A DNA stretch of 64,000 nucleotides from an uncultured Gammaproteobacteria bacterium (GTDB taxonomy: Bacteria; Patescibacteriota; Microgenomatia; Levybacterales; GWA1-39-11). The notes below the pieces were generated by a model, which worked only from the letters and a program-made list of their open reading frames with translations, ran no database searches and was not told the DNA's origin. How positions within the stretch are numbered: position 1 is the first letter of the stretch; each line of letters starts with the position of its first letter. The position numbers and the translations under genes were made by a program. Positions 1 to 8,390 of this stretch are shown one piece after another. The stretch lies in assembly GCA_964504535.1 (NCBI GenBank), contig CAZDED010000007.1, positions 12,353 to 76,352 on the forward strand, in the 5' to 3' direction.

Positions 1-188
1 CCGGATACCAAAAAGATATCAGGTAAGCCATTCAAAATGACTGATTTTTATTACACACAAGTTATAAAAGTACGTTCCTTTCTCATAACAAAACGTGCTT
101 ATGTTTTGCCCTGATAAGAAACTAGAGGAAATTATATCACTAACTGAGGATAAATCAAATATTATGGGATGCATAAGATGAATTTTTA

Positions 189-391
189 AGCCAATGGTGG
201 GACTCGAACCCACGACTTGCTCTTTAAATTTTGTGAGCCGCTTCCGAGATTCGAACTCGGGACTTACTCTTTACGAAAGAGTTACTCTACCAACTGAGTT
301 AAAACGGCTCACAAAATTCAAGCTTTGCTTACGAAAGAGTACTCTACTTCATCCCGCCTCTTGCAGGCGGGACAAGCTGAGCCACATCGGC
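189..391 (-). other. tRNA-like 5' and 3' halves flanking the tRNA-Thr (split or disrupted tRNA-like locus)
   Basis: On the minus strand the 5' piece is GCCGATG-T-G-GCTC-AGCTTG (acceptor 5' strand plus start of a D arm). The 3' piece is GAGC-AAGTC-GTGGG-TTCGAGT-CCCAC-CATTGGC-T (T arm plus acceptor 3' strand). GCCGATG pairs with CATTGGC with one G-U. Between them lie a CCCGCC-TGCAAGA-GGCGGG hairpin, a degenerate copy of the Thr anticodon arm (GAGTACTCTTTCGTAAG), and the intact tRNA-Thr. Confidence 0.3.
236..308 (-). tRNA. tRNA-Thr (anticodon CGT)
   Basis: The minus-strand read GCCGTTT-TA-ACTC-AGTTGGTA-GAGT-A-ACTCT-TTCGTAA-AGAGT-AAGTC-CCGAG-TTCGAAT-CTCGG-AAGCGGC-T folds as a canonical 73-nt cloverleaf. 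It has a 7-bp acceptor stem with one G-U pair, a 4-bp D stem, a 5-bp anticodon stem, U33, anticodon CGT, and a TTCGAAT T-loop. No CCA is encoded. Confidence 0.8.
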
Positions 392-943
392 CTACTTTCA
401 TCTTCCATGCAATTTCGAACGTTTCACAAGTTCAAAAAAACTCAAAAGATCCCTTATTTTTCACGGATAAACACTCTAATTGGATTATTATATCGTAAAT
501 TTACCCATTCTGGGCTATATGTATCTGAGACGCTATCATAAGTAGATCAAAGAATATCATTTGAGCTTTACGAAAAGAAGGAAAAATGAATAAATTCTGC
601 TCCCAAGTGAATGGAAAATAGCGATTCCCCGAAACATTAAGCGGGTTAGACTCAGTTACAACCCGAGAGCTGCAACAATTCGCCCTGTTTGTTCCAAATA
701 AATGGAGCATACCCTGTTTCGAAACTTGTAGAGGAAAACATTACCATTTTCCAATCTACTCAAGAGCATATAAAGTATATCGCTCGATCTTTTCTTGTCA
801 ATATATGAGAATTAGATATTTAAAATATAGTATGTTGTATATAGTATTAAGTATATTGCATGGCTATTAAGTGTATATAAACAGTACTCAAACTAACAAT
901 TTTCCTGCTATATACTATATACGATATACCATATACTAAATTT

Positions 944-1735
944 ATGGAACTCTACCAGGTGATTATTCTCTCAATTGTCGAAGGACTAACCGAATTTCTC
1001 CCAATCTCTTCAACTGCACATCTGATACTTACATCCCACATGCTTTCAATACCAATGTCTGAATTTCTATCAACATTTGAAATTGCTATACAAATTGGAG
1101 CTATAGCCGCAGTTGCCGTCGTCTACTACAGAAAAATCCTTGAGAGCAAAGCTTTGTTTTATAAAGCGTGTATCGGATTTATACCTACTGGGATTTTAGG
1201 ACTCCTATTTTTTAAACACATCAAATTACTGCTTAATAGTTCATTCGTACCTGTTGCTGCTCTCTTTATTGGTGGAATTGTAATTATTGCAATTGAGATA
1301 TACTTTAAGTCAGTAGCCAAAAGTCACAAGACAGAAGACAATAGATTGAAAACATTGGATAAATTGAGCTATAAAGATGCGTTACTGGTAGGATTGATAC
1401 AGTCTATATCAATGATTCCTGGCGTCAGTCGCTCTGCTGCATCAATTTTTGGAGGTATGGCTTTGAAATTTGACCGCGAGGCTGCTGTTGAATTTTCATT
1501 CCTGCTTGCCATACCAACCATGGCAGCTGCAACTGGACTTGATATAGTCAAATCTGCTCAGGCTTTTACTTCAACTCAGGTCTTTGACCTTATTTTGGGG
1601 ATAGTTGTCTCTTTCTTTGTTGCACTACTTGTCATAAAGTGGTTACTTAAATACGTTCAAAAAAATAACTTTATTGGATTTGGAATTTATAGAATAGTAC
1701 TTTCAATAGCTTACTACCTCATTTTTGTAAAATAG
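944..1735 (+). CDS. uppP: undecaprenyl-diphosphate phosphatase (UppP/BacA)
   Basis: 263 aa polytopic membrane protein. The N-terminal motif VEGLTEFLPISSTAHL and overall layout match the BacA/UppP family. Confidence 0.9.
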   Translation: MELYQVIILSIVEGLTEFLPISSTAHLILTSHMLSIPMSEFLSTFEIAIQIGAIAAVAVVYYRKILESKALFYKACIGFIPTGILGLLFFKHIKLLLNSSFVPVAALFIGGIVIIAIEIYFKSVAKSHKTEDNRLKTLDKLSYKDALLVGLIQSISMIPGVSRSAASIFGGMALKFDREAAVEFSFLLAIPTMAAATGLDIVKSAQAFTSTQVFDLILGIVVSFFVALLVIKWLLKYVQKNNFIGFGIYRIVLSIAYYLIFVK

Positions 1736-1786
1736 AATGAGGGCCCGCCATAAAGACGGGCCCAAGGATCAGAACGTGCGATCTGA

Positions 1787-2161
1787 TTAGGAGGCCTCGG
1801 GGAGGCGTCCTCCCCATGCTCGCAGCTGCACGACACGCGCCTCGGATATCTCCAATTGGGAGGCCAACCTGACCTCCTGGATGACCTGGCGCGCCAATAG
1901 GTAAACTGCGTACTCGTCCCTGACTTCGTTGAGGCCAGAGCCGCCGAAGGGGACACCCTCGAGGTACACTCCCCCGTACCACGCGATCCGCCCCGCTCTG
2001 AGGCAAGAAGGCCTATTGGCCCACACCCTGGAAAGGGTTTCCTTGTGGTAGAGAGCTTCGAGCGCCTTCAGGCGCACGCTCTCGATGTACCGAGTGAGTT
2101 CATCGGACTCGCCGACGTAGTCCTCCCAGGGGAGGACTGATGACCATGTCGGATCATGCAT
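1787..2161 (-). CDS. hypothetical protein encoded in high-GC island 1
   Basis: 124-aa ORF with GC-rich codon usage, unlike the surrounding genes. No recognisable motif. Confidence 0.3.
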   Translation of the reverse strand: MHDPTWSSVLPWEDYVGESDELTRYIESVRLKALEALYHKETLSRVWANRPSCLRAGRIAWYGGVYLEGVPFGGSGLNEVRDEYAVYLLARQVIQEVRLASQLEISEARVVQLRAWGGRLPEAS

Positions 2162-2176
2162 GATGCCGGCCTCGAC

Positions 2177-2404
2177 TTACTCATAGGTGAGCGTCGGGTT
2201 GAGGACGGCAAACGCAAGCGCTTCCTTGTTGTCCTGCTTGAGAATAGCCTCGAAGGACTCCCTCAAGGTGTCAAAGACCCGATCGCAGAGCTCGCGGGTC
2301 AAGAAGAATAACTGGCTAGGCATGAACCTGCTCCTTTCTGGTGCCGCCTTAGATTGTGACGATTTTCGGTGCCAAACCGCGGCCTTGCTTTGAGATCCGA
2401 TCAT
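2177..2404 (-). CDS. hypothetical small protein in high-GC island 1 (start uncertain; internal Met gives 48 aa)
   Basis: The ORF lies 16 nt upstream of the 124-aa ORF in a different frame. It could be a separate small gene or a frameshifted N-terminus of the same gene. Confidence 0.2.
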   Translation of the reverse strand: MIGSQSKAAVWHRKSSQSKAAPERSRFMPSQLFFLTRELCDRVFDTLRESFEAILKQDNKEALAFAVLNPTLTYE

Positions 2405-2663
2405 CGGGTCCCGAATGAAACACTCGCTACCCGAATTAAGGTCTCTGAGACCAAGCGCTGCTTCTTTTTTATACGGAAAAATGAACTTGTGAGTTTTGAA
2501 GTAAAGAAAGATACTAAACGAAGTGAAACTAATTTACATTCCTTTTTTGCTGAATTCCCAGCAAATATACTTGCTTCGCGCGTTCCTACGGATAATACGG
2601 CTTCTTTCTTAGTGTGCATCGCACACAAAAAGGATTCAAATTAAAATTCTGAGGTATAAAAAA

Positions 2664-2873
2664 CTACATTCCCTTTTGTTGTATACCGAGGAGATATAGA
2701 ACAGCTTCCTTTTTATAACGGCGGTCTCCTCGTGAATTTATTCTAATTGCGGGTAATTTGCCTCTCTTACCCCATCTTTTGATGGTAAGTGGACTAACAC
2801 GAAGGAGTTCTGCTACTTCTCTTACTGTAAGTAGATCTGGAAGATTCTCAATTGATATATTTTGATTAGCCAT
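2664..2873 (-). CDS. helix-turn-helix DNA-binding protein (MerR/excisionase-like HTH_17)
   Basis: From the internal Met (MANQNISIENLPDLLTVREVAELLRVSPLTIKRWGKRGKLPAIRINSRGDRRY) this is a classic excisionase/MerR-type HTH. The six-frame ORF extends to 2993, but that extra N-terminus overlaps the conserved repeat element and looks non-coding. Confidence 0.55.
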   Translation of the reverse strand: MANQNISIENLPDLLTVREVAELLRVSPLTIKRWGKRGKLPAIRINSRGDRRYKKEAVLYLLGIQQKGM

Positions 2874-2983
2874 TTTCTGCCCTATATTGATGCTTTCACT
2901 ATCAAATCTATATTCAGAGTACCAAAGCCTATCACACCTTGTCAATAGGGTAATTGGAGGAAAAAATATATTGAGGTAAAATT

Positions 2984-3148
2984 TGCATTTCAAGGAATGC
3001 GCGTATAAATTTTGCGGATGAAGTGAAGACGGGGGATTCCTCGCAAACTTGTCGAGGGGGGGGTGGAATCACGCACTTCACGAAGTAGCAAAATTAGCGA
3101 CCCTTGACATGCAAAGAGTCTTTGGTTCTTTCGTCGGCACGAAAGAAC
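2984..3148. repeat. conserved structured intergenic element, copy 1 (candidate ncRNA or 3'UTR element)
   Basis: About 165 nt, near-identical to 44867-45030. It has a long imperfect hairpin (AATTTTGC-GGATGAAGTG...CACTTCAC...GCAAAATT) and a second 9-bp hairpin (GGTTCTTTCG-TCGGCA-CGAAAGAAC). Compensatory changes between the two copies support a structured RNA. Confidence 0.5.
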
Positions 3149-3859
3149 TTAAAAAAACTTTTCTTTCAAAACCTTCCCGACAAAAATAGGAAGTGCCATT
3201 TGGCGCCTTGCCCTCCACGGTTGACGGATAAGTCTAAATGCCCATTCCATTCCCATGTCTCGAACTACTTTAGGAGCCCTTGGAACTTTTCCGGAAATAT
3301 AATCAAATGCCCCTCCTACTCCCATGGCTACAGTTACTTTTATATTGGGCAGGTTTTTTGCGATCCATCTTTCTTGTTTTGGAAATCCATATGCCACAAA
3401 AAGTATATCGATATGTGGCACAAAACCAATAGGAAAGTCTTCTGCAGCCAGTACAATTCTAAGACCAGGATACCTTTTTATTAAGCACTCGGCTGTTCTT
3501 TCTGCTACCATATCCCTACCACCTAATAATCCTATGGATAAGCCCTGCTTTGATGCTTCACTACAGAGTTCAAGCATCAAATCTACCCCTGTTATGCGTG
3601 CCTTTACGTCCTTTTTTAAGAATTTGCCAGCCATAAGCACACCTATTCCATCGGGGATACTTACCTCTGCCTTGTTGAGAATGTATTGATACTCTTTTGA
3701 GGCTGAAGCAAAAGTGATTATTTCGGGGTTTGGTGTTACAATATAGAACTTTTTATCCCTATTTTCGAGGGATTTTAGTATATACTCTAAGATCTGACTT
3801 TTAGATGCTGTTGTAACTGACGTTCCTAATATTTTTATGGAAGGCAATTCTATATTCAT
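3149..3859 (-). CDS. WecB/TagA/CpsF-family glycosyltransferase (N-acetylmannosaminyltransferase-like)
   Basis: 236 aa. Family-typical motifs are FYIVTPNPEII, SIPDGIGV and the C-terminal GFPKQERWI...GVGGAFDY. Confidence 0.75.
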   Translation of the reverse strand: MNIELPSIKILGTSVTTASKSQILEYILKSLENRDKKFYIVTPNPEIITFASASKEYQYILNKAEVSIPDGIGVLMAGKFLKKDVKARITGVDLMLELCSEASKQGLSIGLLGGRDMVAERTAECLIKRYPGLRIVLAAEDFPIGFVPHIDILFVAYGFPKQERWIAKNLPNIKVTVAMGVGGAFDYISGKVPRAPKVVRDMGMEWAFRLIRQPWRARRQMALPIFVGKVLKEKFF

Positions 3860-4290
3860 ACTATATATAAATATTGTTAACGTGTTAACGTGTTAAAAAG
3901 TTATCTTTGTTCATATTTTATACCCTAGTTTTTTCTCTATTTTTAAGTTCAATAGTTATTAATTATGCGAAATAATTTTCATTTTTAAAACTTGCTGCCG
4001 TACTCTACTATATGATAGTCATGTGTATCATCAGAACTAATTTTTGTGAAAACATTTCCACTCATTGGTATGTTTCACAATACTATAGTATTAATTTGTA
4101 AAAAAGTTAACGTGTTAAAAAGTTTCTGATTCTTTAACCCGTTAACTCGGAACTAATCTAGTATTCATTTCTGTTTATAGATTTTTTAGCGCAGCCAAGA
4201 AAAGTATCTCATATCAGTATTCATTGCGGTTGATGCTTTTCTTAGCGGAAGCAAAGATTGTCTTTGCGAGAGCCAAGATGTCTTCCTTTC

Positions 4291-5310
4291 TTAATATTCA
4301 TTCCTATTAATAGACTTCTTGTATAGTTCCAAATTCTCTAAAGCAACTCCGGTTCCCCTTACTACACAGTATAAAGGATCCTCGGCAATGTATGCAGGAA
4401 CTCCTGTTTCACGAGTAATATATTTATCAAGATTTCGAAGAAGTGTTGTTCCCCCCGAAAGGACTATTCCTTTGTCGATGATGTCAGATGCCAATTCCGG
4501 TGGTGTCATTTCAAAAGTTTCGCGGATCGCACCAACCATTGCTTTTATGACCGGTTGGATAGCTTCGTTTACTTCGAATTCCGTTACCTCGGTAGAACGA
4601 GGTAACCCTGTGACACTATCTCTACCCTTGACTTCCATCTTTTTTGTCGAAGTTGAAGCTGGGATAGCGTTTGCCATAGTAACCTTTATTTCTTCAGCAG
4701 TCTGCTCTCCTACCATCAGATTGAATTTGCGTTTTATGTATGCTCCAATCGACTCTTCAAGCTTATCTCCAGCAACTCGAATTGATTTATGAACCACAAT
4801 TCCTCCCAAAGAAATGACTGCAACATCTGTTGTTCCTCCACCGGCATCAAGGATCATGTGTCCATTTGGCTGTGCTATTGGAATTTTGGCTCCAATTGCG
4901 GCGGCCAATGGCTCTTCTATGAGGTAGACTGAACGTGCTCCAGCGGCCATTGTTGCATCAAGCACTGCTCTTTTTTCGACCTGGGTGATGCCTGATGGGA
5001 TACACACCATAACCTCAGGCTTTATAAATCTACTTTTTCCCGTAACTTTCTCTATAAAGTATGCAAGCATAGCCTCAGTTATGACGTAATCTGCTATGAC
5101 TCCGTCTTTCAGTGGCCTCGTTGCAACAATATTACCGGGAGTTCTACCCAACATCTCTTTTGCTTCACTACCTACTGCAACGACTTTATTATCATCTGCT
5201 CTGACAGCAACGACTGTTGGTTCATTGAGCACTATTCCCCGACCCGCAACATACACGAGAGTATTTGCGGTACCAAGATCTATTCCAATACGTTTGTTAA
5301 ATATGTTCAT
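4291..5310 (-). CDS. mreB: rod shape-determining actin homologue MreB
   Basis: 339 aa. N-terminus GIDLGTANTLVYV, nucleotide-binding DAGGGTTD, and C-terminal RGTG are the MreB actin-fold signatures. Confidence 0.9.
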   Translation of the reverse strand: MNIFNKRIGIDLGTANTLVYVAGRGIVLNEPTVVAVRADDNKVVAVGSEAKEMLGRTPGNIVATRPLKDGVIADYVITEAMLAYFIEKVTGKSRFIKPEVMVCIPSGITQVEKRAVLDATMAAGARSVYLIEEPLAAAIGAKIPIAQPNGHMILDAGGGTTDVAVISLGGIVVHKSIRVAGDKLEESIGAYIKRKFNLMVGEQTAEEIKVTMANAIPASTSTKKMEVKGRDSVTGLPRSTEVTEFEVNEAIQPVIKAMVGAIRETFEMTPPELASDIIDKGIVLSGGTTLLRNLDKYITRETGVPAYIAEDPLYCVVRGTGVALENLELYKKSINRNEY

Positions 5311-5343
5311 AATCTAGTTTTTAGTTATTAGGAAAAGGAATAG

Positions 5344-5700
5344 TTACTGTTTATTTGAGCTCATTCGATTTAACATTTTACAAATCTCAGTTAATATTTT
5401 CTCAATACCAATATAGTCTACTTCTTCACCATAATTCAATCTTTTTGCTAACAACAATTGTGTTTCTAATTCAAGTGCTGACCCATAAGCTATCTTGTAA
5501 AAATGCTTATAGTCTTTTTCTGACTGTCTTCCAAACCCTTCTGCTATATTTGAAGGAATACTTATAGCAGCTCTTTTTAATTGAGATATGAGTCCAAATT
5601 GCTCATCTTTTGGGAATTGTTTTGTAAGGATATATACAAGTTCTACCAACTCAATTCCTTTCTGCCAAACAATTAATTCTTTATACGAAGTTATCTTCAT
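5344..5700 (-). CDS. four-helix-bundle protein (23S rRNA intervening-sequence protein family)
   Basis: 118 aa. The pattern EQFGLISQLKRAAISIPSNIAEGFGRQS...Y..FYKIAYGSALELETQL matches the TIGR02436/PF05635 family. This family is common in CPR genomes. Confidence 0.7.
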   Translation of the reverse strand: MKITSYKELIVWQKGIELVELVYILTKQFPKDEQFGLISQLKRAAISIPSNIAEGFGRQSEKDYKHFYKIAYGSALELETQLLLAKRLNYGEEVDYIGIEKILTEICKMLNRMSSNKQ

Positions 5701-5875
5701 ATCTAACTTGTCCTACTTCAAACAACTATTCCTATTCCTGACAACTGATAACTATATCGCAAGATATTACTACTGCATCATTTCTGGCTGCTATATTTAC
5801 TATATCATCTTAACTAAATTAAATCGATAGGTGCATGTTGCGCTCAAGCTAAAAAGTGTATACTATTGGTAATAC

Positions 5876-7078
5876 ATGCCTAAAAAAACCCTTTTAACAA
5901 CTGTCGTGGTTCTTCTTCTTGTAAGCGTCATTGCGTACGCCTTTATACTCTATGGAAAGGGATACCGTCTCAATTTTTCAGGCAAGGGAAATAAGATTTT
6001 GGCAGGAACCGGTCTTCTTGTTCTGACAAGTACCCCGAATGGTGCACGCGCATACATTAATGACAATTTAACAACGGCAACAGATGACACCATCAACCTT
6101 CCTCCCGGAGAATACGATGTAAAAATTGAGAAAGACGGATACTACCCATGGAAAAAACATATTGTTCTTAAAAATGAAGCTGTAACTAAAACAGATGCGG
6201 TTCTTTTCCCCGTAGCACCAAAGCTTGAAGGAGCAACCGTTCTTGGAGCTGAAAATCCAGTCGTTGATCCGACCGGAGGCCTGATAGCATATGAGGTTTC
6301 CTCCTCCTCTGCTGAGAATAATGGGCTATATATTCTAAATTTAGGCAAAGGGTCGATTCTCCCGTTTGGAAGTTCTCCCCGCCTTATCGCTTCAGATAAA
6401 TTCGATAACTTCTCAAAAGCGAGAATTGAATTCTCACCCGATGGACAACAGCTGTTAGCATCAATCTCTACTCCCTCACAGGACAGGATTTATCTTCTTA
6501 AAACCGATACGTTAAATGTAGAGCCTCAAAATGTTACGTTTACCGTTGAGCAGGTCAGAAAACAGTGGTCTGCCCTCAAAATTCAGCTGGATCAAAAATT
6601 TGCCCTTGCTCTTCCATCTGCCTCTCGCAAATTTATACTGGAAAACTTTGAAAAGGTTCAACTTTCAGCTGAGGGGGACAAACTGCTCTACATTGCTTCT
6701 CAGAGTGCAACGATGCCTCATTTCATAAAACCATCACTCCCATCAACCAACTCAACTCCCGAAACCAGAAATATAGTAAAAGGAGCGGCTTATGTATACC
6801 AGATAAAAGAAGACAAGAATTACCTTCTCTACCAACCTACTGATGGGGAAGTATTACCTAATTTTATCTGGCATCCATCCTCTTCACACGTAGTATTCAT
6901 ACAGAACAAAAGAATATTTGCGATGGAATATGATGGGGGAAATAAGACTACTTTATACGCTGGACCATTTGATCCTACTTTTCTATATGCATGGCCTGAT
7001 GGATCAGGACTTATTATTCTTACTAATTTCAATGATGAAACAGTCCCAGCTAACCTCTACCGCATTGGCCTGAGGTAA
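5876..7078 (+). CDS. PEGA-domain protein with C-terminal beta-propeller-like region
   Basis: N-terminal TM/signal, then a PEGA motif (GARAYINDNL...LPPGEYDVKIEKDGYYPWKKHI). The C-terminal part has TolB-like repeats (WHPSSSHVVF, AWPDGSGLII). Confidence 0.55.
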   Translation: MPKKTLLTTVVVLLLVSVIAYAFILYGKGYRLNFSGKGNKILAGTGLLVLTSTPNGARAYINDNLTTATDDTINLPPGEYDVKIEKDGYYPWKKHIVLKNEAVTKTDAVLFPVAPKLEGATVLGAENPVVDPTGGLIAYEVSSSSAENNGLYILNLGKGSILPFGSSPRLIASDKFDNFSKARIEFSPDGQQLLASISTPSQDRIYLLKTDTLNVEPQNVTFTVEQVRKQWSALKIQLDQKFALALPSASRKFILENFEKVQLSAEGDKLLYIASQSATMPHFIKPSLPSTNSTPETRNIVKGAAYVYQIKEDKNYLLYQPTDGEVLPNFIWHPSSSHVVFIQNKRIFAMEYDGGNKTTLYAGPFDPTFLYAWPDGSGLIILTNFNDETVPANLYRIGLR

Positions 7079-7120
7079 GTGGACTAAGGGGCGCAAAGCA
7101 AGCTTCACGCCCCGGTCAGG

Positions 7121-7579
7121 TCAGTTCTCTCGGGATTCCTCCGTTGGATGTTTCCATCGCCCATTTACCCATTCGCTGGGATCGACTCTCACCTTGGGGT
7201 GATAATCCTCATCCAGAAAACGTTGGCGTGCGATTTGAAACTGCCGCCTTTCGTCGTTCTGCCTTTCGGCATACAGACGGCAGATACGGTGGGTAACTCC
7301 CATGCATATCAGCGAAGCTGTGAAGCTTGCGATAAATATCACGGAATACCACCCGGACTCCTGGCTGGTGATCAACCCGCCCACTATGGCTGCGGCCGTG
7401 GGCCCGCCAAAGAAGACGCATACCTGAAGGATTTGGTATTTCCACTGCATCCTTCTGCCAGGTGTACGGTAGCCCATTGCCCCCGACAGCATGCAAAGCA
7501 AGCCGATCAGGATTATGGTGCTAGCCGCCAACTGGAATTCCGGCGTGCTGTAGAAGAGCGCGCTTTGATCCTCAGTCAC
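7121..7579 (-). CDS. hypothetical membrane protein in high-GC island 2
   Basis: 152 aa with 3-4 predicted TM segments. GC-rich codons. It follows the 180-aa ORF with a 3-nt gap, suggesting an operon. Confidence 0.4.
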   Translation of the reverse strand: MTEDQSALFYSTPEFQLAASTIILIGLLCMLSGAMGYRTPGRRMQWKYQILQVCVFFGGPTAAAIVGGLITSQESGWYSVIFIASFTASLICMGVTHRICRLYAERQNDERRQFQIARQRFLDEDYHPKVRVDPSEWVNGRWKHPTEESREN

Positions 7580-7582
7580 GTA

Positions 7583-8125
7583 CTAATCCGTTCCTTTTGT
7601 TGTGAGGAAACCCTCACTTGTATGCGGAAGTGTGCCGACGTAGATGACAATCCGCCCCCGGTAGTCGACGTACTGATCTATCTGTTTCTTGGCAGCTTCC
7701 GCTGCCACGAATTTGACGCTGTACGTCGTCTTGAGTTGGTTCTCATCCGAGGATGCTTGCGCATCCTTATTGTGGGCTTGGTAGACAACCTCCTTGGCTA
7801 CCTCGAACATCGTGTCGAGGAGCTGAGGATCCGGGCTGAAGCCCGGTGCTACGCAGGTCTCAAAGACCAAGCCACGGATAGTAACAACGGTACCATCCTC
7901 TCCCTGAACCGTGATGGTCTCAGAGAGTGGTTTTGTGACGGCTTTTGCGTTGACGCAATCGGCAGGAGCTGCTCCTACCGCAATTGCGGTGTTGGTGTTC
8001 TCCTCTTGGTTGGCCAGAGCCATTAGGGCGATGCCCGTTGTGGCAAGCACTGCCAAGAAAAGGACTGTGATGAAGGTGCGGGGTCCAAATGACATGATGG
8101 TTCCTCCCATAGAACCGCTAGGCAA
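7583..8125 (-). CDS. hypothetical secreted protein in high-GC island 2 (likely start at internal MSFGPRTF...)
   Basis: A signal-peptide-like N-terminus (FITVLFLAVLATTGIALMALA) is followed by a soluble domain. GC-rich codon usage. Confidence 0.4.
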   Translation of the reverse strand: MPSGSMGGTIMSFGPRTFITVLFLAVLATTGIALMALANQEENTNTAIAVGAAPADCVNAKAVTKPLSETITVQGEDGTVVTIRGLVFETCVAPGFSPDPQLLDTMFEVAKEVVYQAHNKDAQASSDENQLKTTYSVKFVAAEAAKKQIDQYVDYRGRIVIYVGTLPHTSEGFLTTKGTD

Positions 8126-8390
8126 AGCTTTGGGCTCTGCGATTTGTTAACTGACCTGTTGTTAATGTACAGACGCAGGACGCGTCTCTGATATGCAATA
8201 ACAATCAGGCCGCGCAATGCGCCAAGACATATATTATACCAAAAAAAACAACCAACATCAAAAACTATGGGACTAAATTCTTTACATTTAAGTCACAGAA
8301 TAATTTTTTGAAGCAAAATTTTCACAGGATATTATTAGCTTCAAATTAGTCTCACTTGATACTTATTTCCAAATACTTGATACTAAAGGT

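Noticed and set aside
194-541. 115-aa plus-strand ORF
   Set aside because: It is the antisense of the tRNA-Thr and tRNA-like sequences and of AT-rich spacer. There is no protein-like composition.
2440-2452. GGTCTC-T-GAGACC perfect palindrome as an engineered cloning site
   Set aside because: A single occurrence at the edge of island 1. It is most simply a short hairpin or coincidence, not evidence of a synthetic construct.
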